Part shown: in pieces, positions 1-11,050 of the stretch
How the letters are laid out: every line of letters begins with the position of its first letter
How positions within the stretch are numbered: position 1 is the stretch's first letter
Source of the DNA: Heteronotia binoei
Taxonomy: Eukaryota
Assembly (NCBI RefSeq): GCF_032191835.1
Contig: NC_083236.1
Span: 15,934,001-15,998,000 of the forward strand
Reading direction: 5' to 3'
Length of the DNA: 64,000 nt
Notes under the pieces: model-generated
Told to the model about the DNA's origin: nothing
The model's input: the letters and a program-made list of their open reading frames with translations, nothing else
Databases searched by the model: none
Made by a program: the position numbers and the translations under genes

Positions 1-207
1 AGAGGACGCCTAGGTGCGATTTCTTCGATAGCTCTGGAGAGTCTATCGTTCCAAGACTCCACCAGACCATCCAAGGAATCGCCAGGGAGCTCAGGGTCCC
101 GTAGAGCCGTCAGGAACCGTTCCGGGTCCATCAGGCTCCGCGGGCGAGCTAAAATACGCTCTCCGCCTAAACAGGTTTGGGGTGGCACACCCACACGAGC
201 CTTAAGT
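1..207 (-). mobile_element. L2-clade LINE ORF2 fragment (5'-truncated end; element continues off the left edge)
   Basis: The minus strand translates without a stop as LKARVGVPPQTCLGGERILARPRSLMDPERFLTALRDPELPGDSLDGLVESWNDRLSRAIEEIAPRRP. This resembles the endonuclease-RT linker of L2 ORF2. CpG-rich, so probably young. It is absent from the ORF track because it runs off the window. Confidence 0.7.
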
Positions 208-759
208 TAAGAATATTGAGCTAAGGTTTTGAAGGTTCAAATCCTCATTCACTCACAAACTCAACACAATTGAGCCACAAATACTCTCTCAAGCTAACCT
301 ACCTCACAGGGTTGTTGGGATAAACAGGAATAGGAGAACATTTTTGCTACCTTGAGTCCCTTAGAGGAAATGTGGAATAAAAATATGATAGAATGAGACA
401 GCACCTATGAATTTTAATTTCTGAAATGATTTGTTCAAAATGCATTTGCTGAAAGTCCCTGAAATTGAAAATTGGAACCAGGTGATGTAGTGTATTTGTT
501 TTCTTTGCTGCCTCTGAGGATAGTTTTGTACATAGCATACAGAAAGTTGCACCACAGGCAACAGTGACACATTATTTAAAGTATAGCTTTGCATCAGAAG
601 AATCTCAAATACTTTGGCAGCAGAACTGAGCAAAACTTTGATGAATAACTTATGCAGTATGTATTCTTTGCTCTGCCTCCTGTACAGGCATCCCATAACG
701 CTGGAAAGTATTCTCACTAGTGGCTGCCTTTGTTTGAATTCTCATAGGTTATTTAATGT

Positions 760-1620
760 GCTGTTCAAAATTTTCATAGATGGCCTTGATGAGATAGTAG
801 AAGATACACTTTGTCAGTTTGGAGAAGATAGTTTTGCTGATGGCAAGAAACTGGGAAGGGCAGCTAATGTCTAAGAAGACGGAGGATAAGATGTGGCTCA
901 GTGGTAGAACATCTGCTTGGTGTGCAGAAGGTTCCATATTCAATCCCCGGCATTTTCACATAATGAATCAAGTAGAGATGAAGTGTAAGACCACTACCTG
1001 AGGCTCTGGAGTGCTGCAGCCATTTTGAGTAGACAGTACTCACCTTGATGGACCAAAAGTGTGATTCAGTATAAGACAGCCTCTTGTGTGCGTTTGTTTA
1101 AGACAGAGAGGATTTAAAATGTTATAGATAGCTGAAACATGGAACCAGGATCCACAGAGTGAATTTCAGTAGGGATAAATGTAAATTGTTACCCTTAGGT
1201 ATATAAAAAATAAAAGGCACAATTGTAGGATGGGAGAAACTTGGCTTGGTGTGCAGGCCTGTGAGAAGGATCTAGATGCTTTACTTGACCATGGGCTGAA
1301 TATGAGCCAACAATAGTTAATGCAAACTTGGGCTGCTTTAACAGAAGCAACCACCTCTAGATCACAGGAAACAAGAGTTCCATTGTTATTCTGCACTGGT
1401 CAGGCCTCATCTGGACTTCTGTGGTCTAGTTCTATTCAGCATGTTTGAAGAAGAAGATTGATAAACATGCATCCAAGAGTGTGACCAGGACACTGAGAGA
1501 TCCAGAAACCAGTCCCTGTTAAAAAAAAGTATGAAAGTAACAGGCATGTTTATCTTGGAGAAGAGAAGCAAAGACATAATCACTGTCTGAAAGGCTATCA
1601 TGTATCAGATAGAGAGAAAT
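760..1620 (+). mobile_element. Old degenerate CR1 LINE ORF2 3' fragment, interrupted by a SINE at about 881-1092
   Basis: IDGLDEIVEDTLCQFGEDSFADGKKLGRAANV resembles CR1 INDLDEG...KFADDTKLGG.AN. Sequence at 1230-1620 (tgtgagaaggatctag, gaatatgagccaaca, ctgcactggtcaggcctcatctgga) matches decayed CR1 C-terminal motifs. Confidence 0.65.
881..1092 (+). mobile_element. tRNA-derived SINE with CR1-like tail
   Basis: A-box gtggctcagtggtag, decayed B-box atattcaatcc, tail gatggaccaaaagtgtgattcagtataagacagc. Homologous to the copy at 62157-62380. Confidence 0.8.
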
Positions 1621-2344
1621 TAAAATTACCTATTATAGAATGCAATGTTAAGAGGCTAAGATTAAAAAAAAAACACATCAACTTGAGATGAAACCAGTTG
1701 AGAGGATATAGGATTAGTGGTCAAATCAACCCAGTCTTGAGAAGAAGAAGCATAGCTATTTGGTCTGTCCGTCTCTTAGTATGATCAACAGAGAAGAGAG
1801 TACCCCATAATTTGCTGTCACCACAACTGCCATTCTCTGCACCACAGGTAATATCAGTTGGGCAATGGAAATGCTCAAAGGAGTCTCTGAGAAGTCACAT
1901 GTCACCCCCATCATTGTTAGACTGAAGATAAAATATGAGATTGGAAATCACTCCATCTCCACAATAAGTAGGTTCCTGTCACATTTAACAAAGCAAATAT
2001 CTGAAATAGGAGGTGGATTTATCTACCTCTTCTTGCAACAGAATATATATTCTTAGGCTTTTGGAGATGTGAAATAGTGAGGATTTTTCTGTATGTCCAC
2101 CAATTTAGAGTTAATCTCACTAATAGTTATCTTAGTTTCTATTGCTCTTTGTACTTACTTTGTGGCTAGTTTACTAAACACTGCATACTCACAAAGTTAA
2201 GATCAAAGAAGTTTTCCATTTTTCCATTAAAGGAATTTAAGTAGCATCAGCAGATAAAGATTTTCCTAAAGAAATAAATTAACACCAGCACCATAGTTTT
2301 ATTTGAAATGAAATTTTCACTAAAAGGTAAATAATAATTATAAG

Positions 2345-2520
2345 TATTTTTATTTATTTATTAAATTTAATTTATATCCCACCCTCCCTGCCAAAGGCAG
2401 GCTCAGGGCGGCTCACAAGTTAGGGTCAAACAATGACCAAACAAGATAAAACAGCAATAAAACACAAGACATAAAACAATTATTAAAACAGCAATAGGTG
2501 CTAGTGCAATAATTCATACA
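2345..2520 (-). repeat. L2/SINE 3' tail (ttgtgagccgccctgagcc...gggtgggatataaat plus A/T-rich tail)
   Basis: The same tail recurs at about 13170-13330 (-), 32012-32075 (-), 41510-41595 (+) and 62965-63120 (-). Confidence 0.6.
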
Positions 2521-3578
2521 GATAGTTAAAATGTCAATGATAATTTCAAAGTAGGAATACATTAGCCAGGGGAAAATGTTCCTTTGGAAAGGTGTGATGC
2601 AATCCAGACATTTCCAAGTGGTGCTAAAATGAAAATGTATCTACAGAGGTTTAAGAAGAGATTATTTTAAAAACCACAATTTTGCAAGGTAACTATTTAT
2701 TGTTGACTGCTCTCAGGTGCACGCTGTTTCTTTCAGTAAGGAATGACTGTAAAGGACAGTGAAAAATTTCCTTTTCTGAATGAATGTTAGGGTGGTTCTC
2801 ACCCACACAACTTGACCCACACTTACCAAAATATGAAGAGGAGGTAGGGAGATGCTTGCCTAACACTACCAGTTACATTAACAAGTGAGAGCCTTAACAA
2901 TTCACTGACATCCATGGAGATTTGGAGCAGGCAGCTGGGTTTTAATGTGAAGTACTTAAAAAAAAATAGCTTAGAATATAGAATACCAAAGATATCTCTG
3001 ATGGGTGTTGGAAGCAAAAAGGGCTGTGTGTCTATCCTGGAGGTGGAATCTAGGTCCTCATTAGAGTCCAGTGGTTTAAGCCCTAGGCCAGTTGAGTATG
3101 TTCTGCATGCATCAAAGCATAAGAAGAAGCCTGTGGGACACATTGGGCTACACAAGATGCAGTCTGTCTAACCAGAAGAGAAAAAGAGGGATTTAAAGAA
3201 TACAACACAAAACAAGTCTTGTTCCAGTATGACAGGGCTTTTTTTTCTTATGGTATTTAACAGGTATTGAGTATTAGTACTTTTTGGGAGGTTCTCTCAA
3301 ATTTTGGAGGGGGAATTGGTGGAAATCAGTGCAAACATATATATGAGTACTGGCACCTTTTTTGAAAAGGAAAACACTGTAGTATCCCAAAGCAGGTGTT
3401 TAAAGACTGCAGTAGCAGCTTTTTCCTATACCTACACTGTACTAGCTCAAACAGGCAGATAATTTGAAACAGCAGATACATCTTTAAAAATCCCAATAGT
3501 GGACAAACCATGGAAATAAAAACAGTGGTTTGTAAGCATTGTTTAATGCATGAATCTTTATTAAATAGTCCCCCCTAC

Positions 3579-4092
3579 CAATGTTCCCTCTAAGCTGTGG
3601 AGTCTTATGGGCAAATAAAGAGCCCCGTGGCGCAGAGTGTTAAAGCTGCAGTACTGAAGTCCTAAGCTCTGCTCATGACCTGAGTTCGATCCCTGGCGGA
3701 AGCTGGGTTTTCAGGTAGCCGGCTTGAGGTTGACTCAGCCTTCCCTCCTTCTGAGGTCGGTCAAATGAGTCCCCAGCTTGCTGGGGGGAAAGTGTAGATG
3801 TCTGGGGAAGGCAATGGCAAACCACCCCGTGAAAAGTCTGCCGTGAAAACGTCGTGAAAGCTACGTCACCCCAGAGTTGGAAACAACTGGTGCTTGCACA
3901 GGGGACCTTTCCTTTTGAGCAAAAATTCTACTTTGTGAGTTTTTGGCATTAAAGTTGTGAGTGAGCAATTTGGCTATTGTGTAAATTAGTTTGCTCTGGG
4001 GCCATCCTTCCTGAGCTAAGACAAAAATGTGTGAGCTGGAGACTAAAAAACTATGAGCTAGCTCACACTAACTCAGCTTAGAGGGAACACTG
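3579..4092. mobile_element. hAT-type MITE (TIR CA(G/A)TGTTCCCTCTAAGCTG), copy 1, split by a SINE
   Basis: TIRs caatgttccctctaagctg ... cagcttagagggaacactg. Flanks ccccctac / cctcccac (6/8 TSD-like). Interior matches the copies at 20145, 56341 and 61490. Confidence 0.85.
3620..3915 (+). mobile_element. tRNA-derived SINE with RTE/Bov-B-like tail (Sauria-SINE-like)
   Basis: A-box gtggcgcagagtg, B-box gagttcgatcc, tail ggcaatggcaaaccacccc...cacaggggacctttccttt. Approximate TSD tgggcaaata (3608-3617) / tgagcaaaaa (3916-3925). Confidence 0.85.
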
Positions 4093-4135
4093 CCTCCCAC
4101 TACACCAGAGGTCATCAAGAGATGGGGCCACAATT

Positions 4136-4327
4136 TAGGGTTGCCAGCCTCCAGGTGGGGCATAAAGATCCCCCAGAATTTTAGGTGACCTCCATATGAC
4201 AGAGATCTGTTCCCCTTGAGAAATTTGCTGTTTTGGAGGGTGGACTCTATGGCATTGTACCCCATTTAAGTCCCTCCCCTCCCCAGGCTCTACCCCCATA
4301 TTTCCCAAACTGGAGGTGGCAACCCTA
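4136..4327. mobile_element. MITE with TAGGGTTGCCA...TGGCAACCCTA TIRs
   Basis: Perfect 11-bp TIRs. ggccaca(a/t) on both flanks. Related copies at about 19306-19470 (partial) and 46960-48388 (split by CR1). Confidence 0.8.
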
Positions 4328-4844
4328 GGCCACATAGAAGCAGCTTTCTTGTTCTTGAGAGCTCCTGAAGGGCAGATCCTGCTTCCCAAAGCAGTCAAGA
4401 GGAGCAGAAACCAAGAGTTTCAGCAAAGGGAAAGGAGGAGTGAATCTTTAGCCACCCCATTACTACCCTGAAAGATACTTTTGTCATTTATTTTGTTTAA
4501 AATATTTCTGTGCTGCCTTTTCTCACGCATCAGGGCACCAGGTATTCATTCGGTTTAACAGTTCCTGGAAAATCCTGCTGTGGCAGTTGTGGGGTGGTGG
4601 GTGGGGAGGCTCTGAGGCCACTGCCTTCTGAACTCCCACCCCCCACTCTGGCATCTCCTGTAGAGTCTTTCTCCCCCAATCGACCACAATCAAATAGAGG
4701 GAACAGAAGCTTTAAAACAAAGATTGGCAGAGGGTCAGTTGTGTGCTCCCTAAATTTAGTAAAGACTATTATTATCATCATCATCCTCTTCCACATCCTC
4801 CTTCTCTTATTTGCAAACCTGCTGGACTCAGACTGTACTTATAT

Positions 4845-5400
4845 GTGAGGTAAATAGAGACCCTTGCTGCATCTTAGATTTTTCACCTGAGAGACAAGAC
4901 ATACGTGGAGATGGACAGAGTTTTATCTAACAAAACAAAGTATTTAATAAGGGAAATGTGATGTGTGGATAACTTAGGTGTAAAAAGTGAAATGGCCTCT
5001 CAAATAAAGGAAAGAACCCCTGAGGGGAGATTTGATTCCCCTCTCTTGATTCCAGGGTCCCTCAGCAGGTTCAAGGCCCTTCTCCCTCACAGAGCCCCTT
5101 TCCACAGAACCTGCACACACACACACACCAGTCAGGAATGAAGGGCCCTCAGCAGGACGCTTATATGTATCACTAGGGCTTTTTTTGAGCAGGAACGCGT
5201 AGGAGTGCAGTTCCGGCTGGCTTTGTGTCAGGGGATGTGGCCTAATATGCAAATGAATTCCTGCTGGGCTTTTCCTACCAAAAACTCTCTGTGTATCACT
5301 ATTAACATAAGCTTTCTTCCCTAAACTGACCCCCCCAAAAAAACTAATTTTAAAAAGCTGAATAAAAGCCTGGCTAAGCTTATGCTCTTTTCCAGAGCCA
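4845..5400 (-). mobile_element. Possible solo LTR
   Basis: Composition and layout resemble a U3-R-U5 read on the minus strand. No TSD or TG..CA ends could be confirmed. Confidence 0.25.
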
Positions 5401-5578
5401 TGAAATCCCTGTTCCAGAAGTTACAATCACTTGGATTTGCTTGAGGCCTAAATCACAAGAAGTGGTTCAAAATCCTGGAGGAAAGGTGGGACTTTTAAGG
5501 ATGAGTGCCACATCTGAATTTTGCACTGAGCTGGTCAGTCTATGCATGAGCTCAGACCATAGGTGGAGAATAACACAA

Positions 5579-5670
5579 TTAAGTGTGCATGCACACAAAA
5601 GCTTATACCCAGAATTAAGCTTCATTGGTCTCAAAGGTGCCATTGGAATCAAATTTTGTACAATTAGATA
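5579..5670 (+). mobile_element. Penelope-like element pseudo-LTR tail with decayed hammerhead motif
   Basis: aagtgtgcatgcacacaaaagcttatacccagaattaagcttcattggtctcaaaggtgccattggaatc: palindromic stem II followed by a decayed (g)aaagctt and the ggtct..aaggtgcca.tgga.tc tail, which is also seen at 51195 and 63840. Confidence 0.6.
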
Positions 5671-7011
5671 CTACCCCACATACAAATCACTGCAAATGAA
5701 CAACTAGCGTGTCAGGGAAAAGGTTAGTTGACAAAGTACAGAGAGTTTTTGGATTAAGGAATCAGCCTCCTTATGTCGTCCAGTTCCAGCAGTTTGATGC
5801 AGACACTGCTGTAGTAGATCACCAGGGCCACACAAAATTAGGCAACCACTGTGTGTGTGCTCTCAGAACTGCAAAATTTGATTCAGGTAGATTTTCAACC
5901 AAGGCTTGCTAGTAAACAAGGAAACACTTGAATTCTTACAGGACAGTGACCCCAAATTAACCTCTGATGTACCCTCATCTTCAAGAAATACACCTTGAAG
6001 AGTTTTAAGAAACCTCCATTTCATCTCACGCTAAATGACCACATAAAAGGGGTTGGCATTCCAGGTGGGAACAGTTCAGAACTTCCCATTTCAGGTACAA
6101 AAAGTTCAGAGCACTGTAATGTGCAAATAAGGAGCTGAAGATGGTGGTGCTCTGAACCAGCCAATAGGAGCTGGGAACTGGGAAAGAATGCAGATGGGCC
6201 TACTGTACAAAGCTATTGTGTGTATTAAAGAACAAATGTACTTCAAGCTTTCAAGGAAACATAGGCAACAGTCTGATATGAAAGTAGTTTTAGTGGCCCA
6301 TAAAGGAATAGAAAGGTGACCTGTTAAGTTCCTGCTTCCGTCTAGCCTCTGCCATACCTACAAGCATACTATCTGTTGGATACATACCAGTTATAGATGG
6401 CATGGTTGTCATTTGCAACTGCTGAAGCCACAGATGCACTATATCACAGCAATGTGATCAGCCTAACCTCAGTCATTATAGTTATGGCTTAGATTCTTAA
6501 ACAGAAAAAAAAAAATTAAGGAAACTGTCTCTATGCATATACAGAGTGCTTTCCCCTCCCCACTGTGCTGTAATTTACAGGAATATCCTAATAAGGAATA
6601 TAAAGAATGGGAGTTTGCAGAGGATCTCTGCTGGCTAGATGGGAGGGGTTACTACATGCAATAAGTTAGTGAACATTAAAAAGAAGTTAGGGAGATGCTG
6701 TGTTTGTCTTTATTTAAAAATATATATTGAAAGATTTAAAAAGTTTCAAATATACAAAAGACAAAAAAGAAAGAGGAATATAAAGGAAAAACTTAAACTT
6801 TTCTCCATAACAAATATTGGCATAATTGCAGATTTGTTCTGTTATTTTCAAAATAAAATACTCTTCAGAATAAAATATTCAAATTCTGCCCTCAGGCTGT
6901 GCCCTTAAATGTCCAGGATTTCTGAACATGGAGTTGGCAGTCTTATCCTAAACACACAAGAAAGGGAGGACTGGAGAAGAAGCCGAGTCAAGCTAAGTTT
7001 GTTCTTTAAGT

Positions 7012-7138
7012 GGAGACGCTGGGGATTGAACCTGGGACCATCTGCCTACCAAACAAGTGCTCTGCCTCTGAGATAATGAAGACTGAACCTAGGAGGACCT
7101 TCTGCAGATGCTCTACCACTGAGCTACAGCCTCTCCCC
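7012..7138 (-). mobile_element. Two tandem tRNA-SINE heads
   Basis: Reverse-complement B-box (ggggattgaacctgggacc) and A-box (atgctctaccactgagcta) sequences of the same family as 62157. Confidence 0.65.
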
Positions 7139-7555
7139 TAAAAAGAGAGCAAATTATACTATACCACACAGTTCTGCAAGCAAAGCAAAATAAGAAGAAA
7201 CCTTTATGAGGAAAATGAGAAAGAATTTGTCAACTCTAAACAGTAATGTCGCACAACTGTTGGCATTTTTTAAATGCAGTGTGCCTGAAGCTCTGGAATA
7301 AGGGTCATAAGAAGTTCAACCCAAAGCTTGTGTTAGTTAGGACAGAATTTCAGAACAGAAAGGCAACAATTCAGGTAATGTATTCCCAAGGTTTTTTTTT
7401 AATCTTAACGGTAGAAACATAATGTGCTTAACATGTCTGTTTGTTAGCCTTTATTTTTGTCTTGATTATGCCCAAATTGGTTCTGAATAGAGAATTATAT
7501 GCATGTCCATATGCATATGTTGCTGCATGCACTTATGCTGGGAAGTCACAGTTGA

Positions 7556-7765
7556 CCTTATTATTTTTACCCTGCCTTTATCCCAGTGGGGCCCGAAAGC
7601 AGCTTCCATCATTCTCTTCTTTTATATTGTATCCTCACAACAACCCTGTGAGGTTGGGTAGGCTGGGAGTGTGTAAACGGCACACTTCCATGGCACAAGT
7701 GGGATTTCAAACCTGGATTTCCCCGATCCTGGTTTGACACTAACCATGACACCATCCTAACTGAC
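7556..7765 (-). mobile_element. MIR/Ther1-like (Squam3-like) SINE
   Basis: Core cctcacaacaaccctgtgagg; head gtgggatttcaaacctgg...cactaaccatgacacca on the reverse strand. Confidence 0.65.
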
Positions 7766-8423
7766 AGCTTCTCCGCATGCTTACCTGCAACAAAACATCG
7801 GGGAGCCCATTTGGGAAGAAAGACAGCCAAGAAATGTTTTGAATAAATATACCCAGGTTGCATATTATTTTCTGCAAAGAAATGCTTTCCATGTAGAAAC
7901 CCTGTTGCATTTCAAGAAGCCTTCAGCATAACCACACACTACTACAAATCCAGGCAGATGGATTGCAGATGAGTATCACCTCTAAATCTCCCTTACTCCA
8001 ACGAACTTCATAATTCTTCAGCTGTATTGTTAGAATAATTCTTATTCTCAAAGAGTTGTCTATATTGAGTTCAGAGTTATTTATGTTGCATAGAAACAGT
8101 TGCGAGACCCCATGCCATCTAATGCTTTGTAGCTTTTATTTAAAAATTAAAGCCTCCCTCCAAAAAAAAAAAAGATTATTTCTTTTTAAATGGCTGGGAT
8201 TAGAAAAAAAAAACTTTATACATTCTATTTAGCATTTATCATCAGAAACATTTTAGTGAAATATTAGTTTGTTCTTCCATAATGTGACCTTCACATTTTA
8301 AAGTAAGTTAGAACATATAACAAATAGTATTTATCAGAGTTTCCAAATAAAAGCAGATATGTTATAAATGAAATATTGGGTGGAAAAGCTTGAAGGAAAC
8401 AGTTGGTGTAATTCTTGGTTGAA

Positions 8424-8444
8424 ACTCTGGGTGTCGCTGTTTGC
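8424..8444 (+). promoter_or_regulatory. Pcdh CSE (CGCT box, CTCF site) of gene 1
   Basis: actctgggtgtcgctgtttgc; CGCT at 8435-8438, about 200 bp before the ATG at 8636. Confidence 0.85.
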
Positions 8445-8635
8445 TCATAAGAAGGAGAACTGCAAATTCCAGTCAGCTCTTCTCTCATTCAAGAGACAAT
8501 ACTTAAAGCTCAGACTCACATTCCACTCTGTCTGGATCTGCAAAGAGAAAAATTCAGTAAGTTTTGGATGATCTTTGTAGCACTTTTACAGAAAAAAGAC
8601 ACTAAATACTGCAATCTGACAGTGATTATCCAGAA

Positions 8636-11050
8636 ATGGCTGGAAGGAGACTCCACTATCAAAAGAGAATTCTACTTTGCTTTATCCTGATGAGTACTTG
8701 GGAAGCATCTTCTGGGCAGATCCATTATGTAATTCCTGAGGAAATGGAGAAAGGTTCTTTTGTGGGAGATATTGCAAAGGATCTTGCACTGGATATAAAG
8801 GAGCTGTCAAGTAGCAACGTCCAGATAATTTCCAGAGGTATGAAAGAATATTTTGACCTTGATTTACGAAATGGCCATTTGTTTGTTAATGAAGTAATTG
8901 ATAGGGAACAGATTTGCCACCAAATGGAGAAATGTCTGTTAAATTTTGAGATTCTTGTAAAGGACAAGATGAAGTTTTTCACCACTGAAGTTGAAATAAC
9001 CGATATTAATGACAATCCGCCCAGTTTCCCTGTAGAGGAGCTTGAGTTTAAAATTGCTGAAAACACAGGACTCGGTGCAAGGTTTCTTCTACCAGAAGCT
9101 CAAGACCCAGATCTAGGGGCTAATTCTCTCCAAAGCTACCATCTCAGTAAGAACAACCACTTCTCTTTGGATGTACAGTTGGGAGCTGATGGAATCAAAT
9201 ATGCAGAGCTGGTCCTTGAAACGTTGCTGGATCGAGAAGAACAGAAAACGCATCAGCTGATTCTCACTGCGGCTGACAAAGGAGATCCCATCAGGTCAGG
9301 TACTGTGCAAATCCATGTTGCTGTTACAGATGTAAATGATAATGCTCCCGTTTTTAGCAAGTCTCTGTATGAAGCGAGTGTTGTGGAAAATATCCCTAAA
9401 GGGTCTCGAGTTCTAACTCTGAATGCTACTGATGTTGATGAAGGAATAAATTCAAAGATAAAGTATTTATTTAGAAAAATTTCGGAAAAAACTTCAAAAA
9501 TATTCCACTTGGATTCTTCTACTGGAGAAATATCAATCATTGGGAATCTGGACTTTGAAGACTCTAAATTACATGAAATGGAAGTACAAGCCCAAGATGG
9601 GGCTGGATTGTCTACTCGTGCCAAAGTGATAATAAGAATCTTGGATGCAAATGATAATGCACCAGAGATCACAATTACGCCGCTTTTCAGCAAGGTTCTA
9701 GAAAGTTCTCCACCAGGAAGTGTCGTAGCTCTGATAAATATAAATGACAGAGATGATGGGAGAAACGGAGAGGTCACGTGCTCCATACCAACAACCCTTC
9801 CATTTCTGTTGAGAAAATCCTTTGATAATTATTACAGTCTAGAAACAGATCGAGGCCTGGACAGGGAGAAAGTTTCAGAATACAACATCACAATCACAGT
9901 AATGGACCAAGGGAGACCTTCTCTATCAGCAACAGCTTACTTCTCATTAGAAATTCTGGATGAAAATGACAACCCACCCATCTTTAAAACTACAGACTTC
10001 ACTTTTCAGATTGCAGAAAATAACCAAAGAGGTGATTTAATCTTGACTTTAAAGGCAAATGACCCTGATTTTGAGGAAAATGGCAGAATAATGTATTCCA
10101 TCATGGACACAGACATTGGAGATGTCTTGCTTTCATCTTATCTTTCTATTAACTCTGAGACAGGGGCTGTCTATGCCTTGAGCTCTTTTGATTATGAAGA
10201 GTTCAGAGTGATTAAATTCCAGGTCAAAGCCCAAGATGGAGGTTCCCCAGCACTCAGTTCCAATGTCACAGTGACTCTCTTAATTTTAGATCAGAATGAC
10301 AATGCCCCCCAGATATTGTACCCTTCTACTCCTACTGATGGCTCCACTGGAGTAGAGTTGGCTCCCCATTCGTCTGAACCTGGATATCTGGTCACTAAAG
10401 CGGTGGCGGTGGATGCAGATTCTGGCCAGAATGCCTGGCTCTCCTATCAGTTACTGAAGGCCACAGAACCAGGACTCTTCACCATAGGACTCCACACTGG
10501 AGAGATCAGGACAGCCCGTTCCTTTCTGGACAAGGATGCTCTCAAGCAAAGCCTGGTGGTTTTAGTGAAAGACAATGGGCATCCACCACTGTCTGCCTCA
10601 GTCACGGTCACTGTGGTCCTGGCCGACAGCATCCCTGATATATTGACTGACCTAAGCAGTGTGTCAGCTATAGCAGACCCTGAGTCGGATCTCACTTTCT
10701 ACCTGGTAGTTGCTGTGGCTTTTGTTTCCTGCTTGTTTGTCGCCTTCCTCCTTTTGTTGCTAGCCATCAGGTTGCACAGGTGGAGAACATCTCAGTTATG
10801 TGACTCTCAAAGTGTGAATTTCAGCGGAGTTCCTGTTTCACAGTTTGTGGGGATTGATGGAGTAAGAGCTTTTCTTCATTCTTATTGCCCTAATGGTTCA
10901 CTGACCACCTGCTCCCGAAAGAGCCAAATTCTTTTCCCGATTGGAAGTTGTACAAGTACTCTTGCACCCCAGCAAACGTCCGACAAATCAGGTCCTTTAT
11001 TATCACTGGAAGATTCATGTGCTGCTAAAGAACAGCAGAACTCTGAACAG
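8636..11050 (+). CDS. PCDHGA-like: Protocadherin gammaA-like variable exon 1 (805 codons; ORF reads on to a stop at 11080 if unspliced)
   Basis: Signal peptide, QIHYVIPEE, six EC repeats (DRE/DYE, DxNDN), TM SDLTFYLVVAVAFVSC, VGIDGVRAFL motif. Donor CAG|gtgagt at 11051. Subfamily-level call only; no one-to-one orthologue is assignable. Confidence 0.95.

Noticed and set aside
2914-3171. 85-aa ORF as a Pcdh pseudogene
   Set aside because: No signal peptide, DRE or DxNDN; the LEYRIP/IHYSIP resemblance is too weak.
5709-5912. Minus-strand QALVENLPESNFAVLR resembling a RhoGAP helix
   Set aside because: Short, flanked by stops, with no further matching motifs.
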